DNA of 64,000 bases, taken from NCBI GenBank assembly GCA_963699715.1, contig CAVOUX010000004.1, positions 174,346-238,345 of the forward strand, written 5' to 3'. The DNA comes from an uncultured bacterium (GTDB lineage: Bacteria; Babelota; Babeliae; Babelales; Babelaceae). The translations under genes were made by a program, and so were the position numbers. Below, one piece after another: positions 48,206 through 57,608 of this stretch (position 1 is its first letter; every line of letters begins with the position of its first letter). The notes under the pieces are model-generated. The model made no database searches, was not told where the DNA came from, and saw only the letters and a list, made by a program, of their open reading frames with translations.

Positions 48206-49423
48206 CTATTTCTTTTTGACACACTTGTTATTTTTGCAACACAGCTTTTTGTTCGAGTTGCCACACTTTGAATCATTTGGAAGCTGTCCAGGGCAAATTT
48301 CTTGAAAAATTATTTCCCTTAGCTCATCAGCTGCTTCAAAATCTGCATTAAAACCTGGCGCCAATATGTTATTGATTTCATCGGCAGGAAGCGAATTGAA
48401 ATCGATGATTACATCAGTTACCGATACTGGTGTTCCCGCAACTTCAATAGTAGCATTTGGATTGACTACCAGATAGCGCGTGCTTGGTTGTTGTGAGAGA
48501 GCAATTGAGAGTATAGCATCGGCAACTTGGGTCGGCGTGGTGACCTCACTCAGACCAAGAATCTGAAATTCTTGGAAATATTTGCTGGCACGTACGAACT
48601 TATTATGGCTCGTTGTATCATGTGGAATATTGTATTCATAAGAACCAATCTTAGTCGTTACAAAATACGGTTCCACTAGTGAGAAGAAGGGACCTCCCTT
48701 AACAACACCTCGTGCTTTGAGGATTGCTTCCTCAACGTTCAGAGTTTGAGTAAGAACTTGCAAGGCTCTCTTTGACATTGCGTAGCCAACGTTGCCAGCT
48801 ACCACGGGAAATTCACCCGAAGCTGAACCAAGTACCACTACCCGTGTACTATTAGAATGACGCATATAGGGCAATGCATTCTGAATGACCCTTTGTTGGC
48901 CCGATACAGTGAGGTTGAATTGTTTAGTTAGATCTTCACCCGTTGCATCTTTTGCGAGTCCCCACCATTCAAAATTACCAGTCGTAACCAACACATCAAT
49001 TTTCCCAATCGGCTTAATCACTTTGTTGAAGAAATGGCGAACCGATTCTTCACTAGTCATATCGAGCGACACTGACGAAAGCATATATCCCTTGGGCTTT
49101 GGATGACGTTTGGGAAATCGCGATGTCACAATAACTTTCATGCCTGACGCAGCTAATGCTTTAGCGGCCCATTTACCAAGACCTGTCGATCCAGCAGCAA
49201 TGAGGGCGACTTGACCTTTTCTATTTATGGGATTGGTAACGTCTTTTGATGGTACCGGAATGACGAATACTTGACCTTCTTGAAATGTTAAGGTTGGATT
49301 GAGCGTATAGGTTAATTTTCCTGGTTGGGTTGTTGGCGGCAAATCAACGGGTTCAGTGAGCTCTTTGCAGTAGCATTTTTCACTTAGACAAACATGATTT
49401 CCATATGATGGTTTTTTGTCCAC
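48206..49423 (-). CDS. Short-chain dehydrogenase/reductase (SDR) with Cys-rich N- and C-terminal extensions
   Basis: Rossmann motif VALIAAGSTGLGKWAAKAL. Catalytic YAMSKRAL (YxxxK). Cys clusters at both termini (VCLSEKCYCK ... CPGQLPNDSKCGNSNKKLCCKNNKCVKKK). Confidence 0.75.
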   Translation of the reverse strand: MDKKPSYGNHVCLSEKCYCKELTEPVDLPPTTQPGKLTYTLNPTLTFQEGQVFVIPVPSKDVTNPINRKGQVALIAAGSTGLGKWAAKALAASGMKVIVTSRFPKRHPKPKGYMLSSVSLDMTSEESVRHFFNKVIKPIGKIDVLVTTGNFEWWGLAKDATGEDLTKQFNLTVSGQQRVIQNALPYMRHSNSTRVVVLGSASGEFPVVAGNVGYAMSKRALQVLTQTLNVEEAILKARGVVKGGPFFSLVEPYFVTTKIGSYEYNIPHDTTSHNKFVRASKYFQEFQILGLSEVTTPTQVADAILSIALSQQPSTRYLVVNPNATIEVAGTPVSVTDVIIDFNSLPADEINNILAPGFNADFEAADELREIIFQEICPGQLPNDSKCGNSNKKLCCKNNKCVKKK

Positions 49424-49880
49424 CGTGCCACAACAATCGGGTGGATTGTCTGGAAAGAAAAACGTATTAAGCAGTTTATTATTACTTTGACCCGGGCGAA
49501 TTTTCTTGGGGCTATGAAAATAGAAAATAAGTGCATTGGCAACGCGATAAGCACCAGAACTAACAGTTGTTTTTTCATCGATCTCTTCCTTATCAAAGTG
49601 GTGATTTTGTATTCATTTTCTTAATTGTTTTAGATGGATCTCCTTTCCGAAACGATAATTTTCATCCAACTATAATAAAGCAAAAGTTTGATTGTCAATA
49701 CGAGGATAGAGTTTTCCAAACCAATTCTTTTAGTGATAATCCACGAGCTCGCAAATTAATCATAATTAAATCGATTGCGCTTTATTATCGATAACTTTTC
49801 TTTTATACTGTATAAAATAAAGATAATTCATTATTACAACCGCATACTACCTCCTTATATAAATTTCCCAACAGGCAATA

Positions 49881-50753
49881 GTGAAAATGATTATAATTCT
49901 CGCCCTCCTTTTATTATCCTCTTCGTGGACACTGCCCATGGAAAAACCAACAAAACGACTTTTAGATGCAGATCTACAATCTGAAAACAAAAAGCGCTCT
50001 CGCACTGCAGCTCCTCATCGCTTGCCGTCAGGAGATAGCGGCAATGAACTCCATTATGCTATTTGTTATCAATCACGTGAGGAAGTTAGTCTGCTATGCA
50101 ATCAATATGACGCTAATAGCCGGACGGCTCATGGATTTCCTGCCATGCATCTAGCCTTTCTATGCAACCGCATAAATTACGTTCGCATTCTTCTCGCCCA
50201 TGGTGCTGATCCAGATGCAAAAAATCATGCTGATCGTACTTTATTAGAAGTTTCTATTGATACCTTCAATAAAGATATGGTTGTGCTGTTGTTGACGTAT
50301 GGCGCATGCTACAATAATTTGAACAATGATCGGTTGATCATGATGGAACAAATTCTTGGTCAATTTTTGCGAAAGATAGTGTGCGAAAAAAATTACAAGA
50401 TAAAAACGAGAAACTGTTCCTTAGTCCCTCACAAAGCTACTGTACATGAACTTTATGAGGCACTGCTCATTGCGGCAGGCGCGGGTAATTTATCAATGGT
50501 TAATGCATTAATTAATGAATATCAGTTTCCCACTTATCGTGCCCTGCAGATCGTGCAAACAATTCTGCAGCGATTGCTCGCCAGTCAAAACCATGATCGT
50601 TTGAGCGATTATCGAGAGATTCATTCTTTATTAACTAATGGCTATTCAGATTCATTAAAAGAGCCTAAGACTTACACATCGTGGCTGCCAAATTCTTTAT
50701 TTAATCTTGTTTTGTCTTTTAGATTGGGAATGAAAGTAATGACATTGAGTTAA
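49881..50753 (+). CDS. Ankyrin-repeat protein with signal peptide
   Basis: MKMIIILALLLLSSSWTLP leader. ANK units (NSRTAHGFPAMHLAFLCNRINYVRILLAHGADPDAKN). Confidence 0.7.
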   Translation: MKMIIILALLLLSSSWTLPMEKPTKRLLDADLQSENKKRSRTAAPHRLPSGDSGNELHYAICYQSREEVSLLCNQYDANSRTAHGFPAMHLAFLCNRINYVRILLAHGADPDAKNHADRTLLEVSIDTFNKDMVVLLLTYGACYNNLNNDRLIMMEQILGQFLRKIVCEKNYKIKTRNCSLVPHKATVHELYEALLIAAGAGNLSMVNALINEYQFPTYRALQIVQTILQRLLASQNHDRLSDYREIHSLLTNGYSDSLKEPKTYTSWLPNSLFNLVLSFRLGMKVMTLS

Positions 50754-50790
50754 GAAGGACCATTTAGGTTTTAAAGAAAGCACATAAACT

Positions 50791-51276
50791 ATGAAATATA
50801 TATTCTTTATGATAACGATTCTTTGCATGGCTCATTCCTCCGCACGAAGACATAAATACCAAAAAATAACGTCCCCTCAAAATTTATTTGAAGCAATTGC
50901 CGAAAATAATTACCGCATTATAAGAAAAGAAATTAGAAATGGATTCAATCTTAATGAACAAGATAAAGATGGTAATACCCCTCTTATGGTAGCCATTCTC
51001 TATGACAACGAGACCGTGGTAGATATGCTTTTGCATATGAACGTAGATTTGACTCTTGCGAATAAGAAGAAAGAGACCGCATTAGATCTTGCCACTAAAT
51101 CGGGAAATAATAACATTATCGCAATGATTCAAGCAAAGACCACGCCAGAGAAACACCGCTTCTCGTTTCTTGCCAAATCTGCAGCTTTGGTGCCGGTAGC
51201 ATTAATTGCAGGAAGCGTTTATGTGTTCATCAAATATTGTAGAAGAAGTCCAAGTGAACACGATCATATCGTCTAA
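50791..51276 (+). CDS. Ankyrin-repeat protein with signal peptide and C-terminal TM anchor
   Basis: Two to three ANK units (DKDGNTPLMVAILYDNETVVDMLLHMNVDL). C-terminal hydrophobic AALVPVALIAGSVYVFI. Confidence 0.7.
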   Translation: MKYIFFMITILCMAHSSARRHKYQKITSPQNLFEAIAENNYRIIRKEIRNGFNLNEQDKDGNTPLMVAILYDNETVVDMLLHMNVDLTLANKKKETALDLATKSGNNNIIAMIQAKTTPEKHRFSFLAKSAALVPVALIAGSVYVFIKYCRRSPSEHDHIV

Positions 51277-51304
51277 ATACCTTTTTATTCGTCCCTTCAT
51301 GACT

Positions 51305-52279
51305 TTAGAATCGCCTTTGCACATAATCACTGATGCTTTTCTGAACTGAGCTATAGATGATGCGATAACTAATTGATGAACGTGCGCTAAGCCGTTTCAG
51401 ATATGTTATTAAATCTTCAAGATCATTTTTTTTCCAAGAAACTTCCCTGTTTAAGAGAAGCTTGACCAATCCATGACGTCGGTGAAGACAGGCATGCCGC
51501 AAAGCTAATAGATATACATCATAGGAACATACTGGCAAAATATGCCCTAGCGTATTAGGTTGATACTGTAAAACTGCCGCCGCCACTACATACCGTTTAT
51601 CTTCAATATTCAAAAGATTGAAAAGTGTTATCTTAAGATTGGGATCTTTATGATGCAGAATCGTAGCAATTACTGGATCATTATGAGCATTCCTCACCTC
51701 TTGATCAATCGGAGCATTGAAATGAATACCGTGGCTATCTAATAATTTGATTAATTGATTAAAATTTTTTTTAAACAGTTCACTTTCATCTCCCAGCACT
51801 GGCGGCAAAAAAGCAATTTGGGCGGCAGCTTTTTTATCTTTCGGATCATGGTATGCTGGAAAAGTTATTCCCTCATCCAGTAAAGAGGCAATAATAGTTA
51901 TTTCATCAGCAGTGCCCATAAACCATGCCACTGACTTTTGCAACATATTTGCATCAGGCCTTGCCCCTGCTTTGAGCAATAAAGTAACTATGTCTTTTGA
52001 CCGCATCATGCATGCCTGGGCAAGAAATGAAGAATCCTTATGATATCCATTAGGATTGGCACCAAGGCTGAATAATCGACTGGCCTCAGGAATATTTTTC
52101 ATCACAATGGCTTGCTCGAGATGAAAATCAATCTCTCTCGGTTGATAGGGATGAGGTAAAGTAAACCTTTGTGGTAATACAGAAATCACCATCGGCCGAA
52201 ATGCGCTCAATTCCAAATCCATACCCCTCGCAAAGAGATGAAATAACGACATTGCGGCAAACAATAATGCAAACAACAT
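51305..52279 (-). CDS. Ankyrin-repeat-like secreted protein
   Basis: Leader MLFALLFAAMSLFHLFA. ANK-like units (SSFLAQACMMRSKDIVTLLLKAGARPDAN). Confidence 0.55.
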   Translation of the reverse strand: MLFALLFAAMSLFHLFARGMDLELSAFRPMVISVLPQRFTLPHPYQPREIDFHLEQAIVMKNIPEASRLFSLGANPNGYHKDSSFLAQACMMRSKDIVTLLLKAGARPDANMLQKSVAWFMGTADEITIIASLLDEGITFPAYHDPKDKKAAAQIAFLPPVLGDESELFKKNFNQLIKLLDSHGIHFNAPIDQEVRNAHNDPVIATILHHKDPNLKITLFNLLNIEDKRYVVAAAVLQYQPNTLGHILPVCSYDVYLLALRHACLHRRHGLVKLLLNREVSWKKNDLEDLITYLKRLSARSSISYRIIYSSVQKSISDYVQRRF

Positions 52280-52546
52280 TCCATTCCTTCAAAAATGATT
52301 ATATCACTCTAGTGTATGAGCCCAGCAACAAATGCATACCTGTGTCCCTTTATCAATCGAAAAGCTACCCTCTTTTTTCCCAAAGGATTTTTCAAGCATT
52401 TAACATTTTACTCTTTTTATTGTAAAGGAAAATATTCTAAGTTCCAACTTTCAATAAACGTGATTAAGAGAGATGAAACACAGGCACTGCCAGTTATTTA
52501 ATTAAAATTGAAACAACAAAATTTTAAACATAATCACAAACTCATT

Positions 52547-52575
52547 TTACAATTTGTTTAGTAAGCGAGTATAAT
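52547..52575 (+). promoter_or_regulatory. Sigma70-like promoter (TTACAA-17-TATAAT) for the Ham1-like gene
   Basis: -35 ttacaa (52547-52552). 17-nt spacer. Perfect -10 tataat (52570-52575). RBS aaggag at 52602-52607. TTG start at 52615. Confidence 0.5.
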
Positions 52576-52614
52576 TGTGCTGGGACAAAAAGATGGCTAA
52601 AAAGGAGCAATAGT

Positions 52615-53235
52615 TTGAGCGAAATATTTTACGCAACCGGCAACCAAATGAAATTTGATGAAGCAACAGAATTTTTTAAGAAGTTTATGCCCGACATAAC
52701 TCTTAAACAATGCGATAAAGAGTTTGATGAAATCCAAACACTTGACCAAAGAGCAATCGCATTAAATAAGGCACAACAGGCGTGGCATTATCTTCAAAAG
52801 CCTGTCCTTGCTGAGGATGCAGGTATCTACTTTGAAAAATATCATGAATTTCCCGGAACTCTAACCAAACACGTTTTTCAGGGCATTGGTTATCAAGGCA
52901 TTTTGCGCCTTGTTGATCACAATGACCCTGCCTCATTACAATTTGTGCTTGTCTTTGTGTATGGCCCCACACAGCACCATATTTTTGAAGCTGCATGCCA
53001 TGGAAAAATCATTCATACTAGTAAGCTTGAGCGCCTGTATGATGGAGCTCCCTTCGATCCTCTTTTTATTCCTAATGGCCAAACCAAAACATTTGATGAA
53101 TTACGTCGCGAGGGAGTTTTAGAAAATTATAACTATCGAACTCAGGGGCTCAAAAAATTTAGCGAGTGGTTCCAAACAAATTTTTGCAATGGCAAGCAAC
53201 GTGACGATCAACAGCTTAAGAATCATGTCATTTGA
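52615..53235 (+). CDS. Ham1/RdgB-family non-canonical purine NTP pyrophosphatase (TTG start)
   Basis: FYATGNQMKFDEA (ATGNxGK). EDAGIYFE (EDSGL). FVLVFVY. GAPFDPLFIPNGQTKTFDEL (GYDPIF.P.G.T.AEL). Confidence 0.75.
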   Translation: MSEIFYATGNQMKFDEATEFFKKFMPDITLKQCDKEFDEIQTLDQRAIALNKAQQAWHYLQKPVLAEDAGIYFEKYHEFPGTLTKHVFQGIGYQGILRLVDHNDPASLQFVLVFVYGPTQHHIFEAACHGKIIHTSKLERLYDGAPFDPLFIPNGQTKTFDELRREGVLENYNYRTQGLKKFSEWFQTNFCNGKQRDDQQLKNHVI

Positions 53236-53380
53236 TTACTTCTCGCAAGTTATAGAGATATTGCACGCGCTAATTTCCATTTGTGCTGTCAAAAGCTTCC
53301 GTCATTTTTGACGTTATTACATTCTCTTGCTATAATTTACAAGTAGATATATATAGCGCACAACTTATGAGCAGGTTGAC

Positions 53381-55489
53381 ATGAAGTTTTCAAACAAGAT
53401 TCTTTTGCTTACCCTCCTTCTTCCCTCAGTAATTCTTGGAGGCATTTATGACAAAATTGCGCTAGAGAACCTCAAATCAATAACACCAGTTATAGAAACA
53501 CGGCCTGAAGATATACATCTCTATTCTCAACACTTGAAATGGAATTTTGGCAAGCAAGTGAATCTCAATGCGGCTGATAAACGACGTTTTGTATTCACTA
53601 TGATGCAAGAATATGAAAAAACTCATCCACTAAAGACAGCTGACGTCCTTGATTATACATCATGGCAAGATCTTAATCTCTTGTGCGGACCAAAATCAAA
53701 TAATGACATATACTTAGCTCAAAAAATTGATCGAACAAGCACAGAACTTGGAAAAATATCACTGTTTCGTATGATTATTGACCCTCTTACCACCGTAGAA
53801 ACGCTGCGTGAAAGACAAGCTATTATACGTGAGCTTTTACATAATAAAGAGCTTTTTGAAAAACTTGATCATGCCTTTCAGAACCTAAAAAAATCAGAAA
53901 ATCTTCTCTATTCCTTTTGGCAAGAAGATACCTTTCAACACGCTGTTCAGCGAAAAACCATTACGTTGCCTTGGAAGTTTGATGTCATTGATGAGCTTAA
54001 TAAAAATAGCCATGTAGTCGAAGCACGAGAAAGACTCGATCAAGCAGGACAGCTCATGCTGTTGGCAACCGAAGTTGCCGGAATAGTCGTTCTTCCTTCA
54101 GCAGCAGTATTGTTTTTAGCAAACTATATTCCACAAGCAAAGCGCCTAAGGGACTTTGCGCAAAATCGCTTATACGTTTCACCCGTCGTCGGTTTTTTTT
54201 CAATTATGGGAGTTGCAAGCTTTCTGCTAAACCAAATGGTTCCAAACAGGCTGACCAATGCGGCAAGCAATGCCGCCGTTGGCATTAATTACGGAACACA
54301 GATCTATTATTCTTTTGATTTTTTTAAATCTAACATTCTGGTGCTTACGTATCTTCAAGAAAAATTAATCGCCGTCGCACATTTTACCAATGCTCTCATG
54401 GAATTTGAAAAACTCATCAATGAAAGCGGGGTATTGAGAAACTATTTGACTGCGGCACAATCAATCAATCACGTTATTACTGATCTACCTGAGCAATCGC
54501 AGGATTTCAAAAAACTTCTCGAGCTTTTATCGTCTGATACCTTCAAAGGAGAAGCTTCATTTTTTTCACGCGCTGGAAGAATTCTTGCAACCTATAAACT
54601 GATGAGTGAGCAAAAACATCACTTAATTGAAGCATTGATTGCACTCGGCGAAATTGACGCTTACATGTCAATCGCACGTTTATATAAAGAAGGCCAGGAC
54701 AGAGCAAACACCTGGTCATTTGCAACATACACAGATAGCAAACTTGGAGAGTGCGCAAACTCAGAATGCGCTGTAAAACAAACACACGAACCTTCAGTTT
54801 TGATTGAAAACTTTTGGAATCCTTTTATTGACTCGGTCAATGCAGTAGCCAACTCTGCTGCGTGAGGTTCACATAAAAACCCTCGAACACTTATCATTAC
54901 CGGTCCTAATGCCGGCGGCAAATCAACCACAATGAAGGGCATTGTAGTCAGTTTAATTCTTGCACAAAGTTTTGGAATTGCTCCCGCAACCAAACTTGAA
55001 TTTACACCTTTTAATAAAATCATGACCTACCTCAACATCACGGATGATATCGCTGCAGGCAATTCGCATTTTGAAGCGGGCGTGTTACGTGCACAAGAAC
55101 TTGTCGAAATGGCTAAAAATCTTAAAGCTCATGAGTTCGGTTTTGTCGCTGTTGATGAGCTTTTTAATGGCACCACCTATCGAGAAGGCCAAGCAGCGGC
55201 TTACAGCCTTATTGAATTTTTAGGCACGCAGCCGAATATTTTATGTACAACAGCAACCCATTTCCCCCTCGTCGCTGAGTTAGAAGAGAAGACAAAAGGG
55301 ACACTCTTTAAAAATTATAAAGTATCAGTAGATTATGATGACAAGGGGCATATCAAATACCGTTTCAAGCTTGAACCTGGCGTCTCACATCAAAGTGTGG
55401 CACTTGATATTCTGCGCGAAAAAGGCTTCGAAAATGATTTTCTAGCACGCGCTCATGAAGTGTTAAAAGAGATTCCAGTAGCAGCTTAA
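53381..55489 (+). CDS. MutS-family protein (core + ABC ATPase domains, no obvious N-terminal mismatch domain), interrupted by an in-frame TGA at 54863-54865
   Basis: Downstream of the stop, in the same frame: GSHKNPRTLIITGPNAGGKSTTMKG (Walker A) ... VAVDELFNGTTYREGQAAA (Walker B / MutS DE..GT) ... TTATHFPL. The N-terminal 494 aa is helical. Hydrophobic leader MKFSNKILLLTLLLPSVILG. Confidence 0.7.
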
Positions 55490-55607
55490 AAATAGGGGGC
55501 CTACCATTCCATTTCCGCGCTCGTTAAAATTTCATGCTGAGAATAATCGTTATCTTTTTTAACAATCATGCTATAATCGACTTCAGAAAAAAAATCGAGG
55601 AACCAAC

Positions 55608-56552
55608 ATGCTTTCCCTTCAGGTCAAAGATTTAACTAAAATTTTCAGATCACGCTGGAGTCCCTTGCGTCGCCGTCAAGAATTTGTTGCCGTTAACAAG
55701 CTTTCTTTTGACGTCGCTCCGGCCGAGATTCTTGGTTTCCTTGGGCCCAATGGTGCTGGCAAAACTACTACCATTCACATGTTACTGGGTGTCTTAACGC
55801 CCACCTCTGGCTCTATTTTTTATTGGGGAAAAGATTTTCTTAAGCATCGCATCAAGCTTTTGGAACGTATTTCATGTGCCAGTGGATTTGATAAACTCCC
55901 TGCCCGATTAACAATTATTGAAAACTTAGACATTATTGGTCGAATGTATAATTTGAGCTATCCGGAACGAAGAGAACGCATCAAATCACTCATGAAATCA
56001 TTTGATATCTGGGACATGCGTGACAAAGAAACGGGGCTTCTTTCCGCCGGGCAATCCACACGTGTCATGCTGACTAAAGCATTTTTATCCAATCCCGATA
56101 TCGTTCTTCTTGACGAACCAACAGCAGCACTTGACCCAGATGTTGCCGACTTTGTGAGAAAGTTTGTACTTGAGCAAAGAAAGGAGCGCGGCATTTCTTT
56201 TTTGTTTACTTCGCACAATATGGATGAAGTTACCCAAGTATGCGATCGAGTACTGGTAGTCAAAAAAGGAATCGTTATTGCAAATGACAAACCAGAGGCA
56301 CTTGCACGTTCAATTGCTCATGCAAAAATCCATATTATTATAGAAGATAACCAAGAGCAATTGGTGCATTATCTGCGCTCACAAAATATTCACTATGAAA
56401 TCGAAGCCCATGAGGTGAAAATTGAAATTGAGGAGCATAAGATTGCTCCTTTCTTGATGGGACTGGCCGATCAAAAAATACATTATAGCCATATATCTAT
56501 CGATAAACCAAGTTTGGAAGATTATTTCTTAACCATAGCAAAACAAAAATAG
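55608..56552 (+). CDS. ABC transporter ATP-binding protein
   Basis: Walker A GPNGAGKTTTIHML. Signature LSAGQSTRV. Walker B ILLDEPTAALD. H-loop TSHNMDE. Confidence 0.9.
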   Translation: MLSLQVKDLTKIFRSRWSPLRRRQEFVAVNKLSFDVAPAEILGFLGPNGAGKTTTIHMLLGVLTPTSGSIFYWGKDFLKHRIKLLERISCASGFDKLPARLTIIENLDIIGRMYNLSYPERRERIKSLMKSFDIWDMRDKETGLLSAGQSTRVMLTKAFLSNPDIVLLDEPTAALDPDVADFVRKFVLEQRKERGISFLFTSHNMDEVTQVCDRVLVVKKGIVIANDKPEALARSIAHAKIHIIIEDNQEQLVHYLRSQNIHYEIEAHEVKIEIEEHKIAPFLMGLADQKIHYSHISIDKPSLEDYFLTIAKQK

Positions 56553-56561
56553 GAGATTTGC

Positions 56562-57302
56562 ATGGAAGCTGCCCATATTGGCGCCATTATTATGCGACAT
56601 GCACGCTTATGGTTGCGTGATAAAAATTTATTCATGATATCCCTTTATTGGCCCGTGTTTGAAATTGTAACATGGGGCTTTTTAGGACTTTGGATGCAAA
56701 ACACAATGGGTGCGTTTGGTAATGTGCTCATACTGAATATCATCCTATGGCAGCTCTTTTGCCGCAGCTCATTAGGCACGTTTGTAGCATTTATTGAAGA
56801 AATCATGTCTAACAATTTAAGCACTCTTTTTTCAATGCCATTACGGCTTAGCGAGTGGATTTGCGGTGTTATACTATTTGTTATTGTACAAATGATTTTT
56901 ATAATTTCTATTGCTTCAGGACTCGCCATGTTTCTTTATGGCCTTTCAGGAGTAACATTACTAAAATTACTTTTTGTTTTTGGGCCACCCTTATTTATCG
57001 CTGGGCTGGCTAGCGGCTTCTTTATTATTCCAATCATTTGCATGACAGGAAAACGAGGCCAAGAAATTTCTTTCATAATCAACTGGCTTTTTACCCCATT
57101 CAGTGGCGTTTTTTATCCTGTTGACATATTGCCTCCCTTTGCACAAAAGATCAGTGCCTACTTTCCTATGACCTACATCTTTAAGGGCGTGCGGCTCTGG
57201 GCTTTGGGTGAAGCTTCCTACATTCCGCTTGTTGCCCATGGATATTTGCTCTCCTTTATTTACCTTTTCTTTTCAATAACGTTCTTTTTTATAATTTTTT
57301 AA
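56562..57302 (+). CDS. ABC-2-type transporter permease
   Basis: 246 aa with 6 predicted TM helices. Immediately downstream of the ATPase. Confidence 0.8.
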   Translation: MEAAHIGAIIMRHARLWLRDKNLFMISLYWPVFEIVTWGFLGLWMQNTMGAFGNVLILNIILWQLFCRSSLGTFVAFIEEIMSNNLSTLFSMPLRLSEWICGVILFVIVQMIFIISIASGLAMFLYGLSGVTLLKLLFVFGPPLFIAGLASGFFIIPIICMTGKRGQEISFIINWLFTPFSGVFYPVDILPPFAQKISAYFPMTYIFKGVRLWALGEASYIPLVAHGYLLSFIYLFFSITFFFIIF

Positions 57303-57608
57303 AGGACAAAGAAAACAGGGTTTGCCCGTCTTTCTGATTAATACTTCACTGCTTTATTCAGCAGCAAAAATCGTTATAGGCTGCTTTAATGTATTTTACG
57401 AGTGAGGCCTGTGAGCTTCCTCATCACCAGCAATGATCGCCGCATGCAAAGATGCAACTCATGATTCACCCGCCCCAGCATGCCATTGCCCGTTTTAAGA
57501 ATACTCGCTGGTAATATTGTCGACAACAAAGGCGTTTCAACCTCCATACCCGACAGTGTACCCATGCACAATAAGAGCAATACCTTTTTCATAATCCCCC
57601 TCAATTAT

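Noticed and set aside
48036-48224. 62-aa ORF, and 57386-57604 (72 aa)
   Set aside because: Short, no RBS or context support. They overlap the ends of neighbouring genes.
54863-54865. TGA reassignment (genetic code 4/25) or selenocysteine to explain the in-frame stop in MutS
   Set aside because: Other genes terminate convincingly at TGA (e.g. OMP paralog 1 ends NYVF-TGA, matching paralog 2 NYVF-TAA). There are no other in-frame TGAs in conserved genes.
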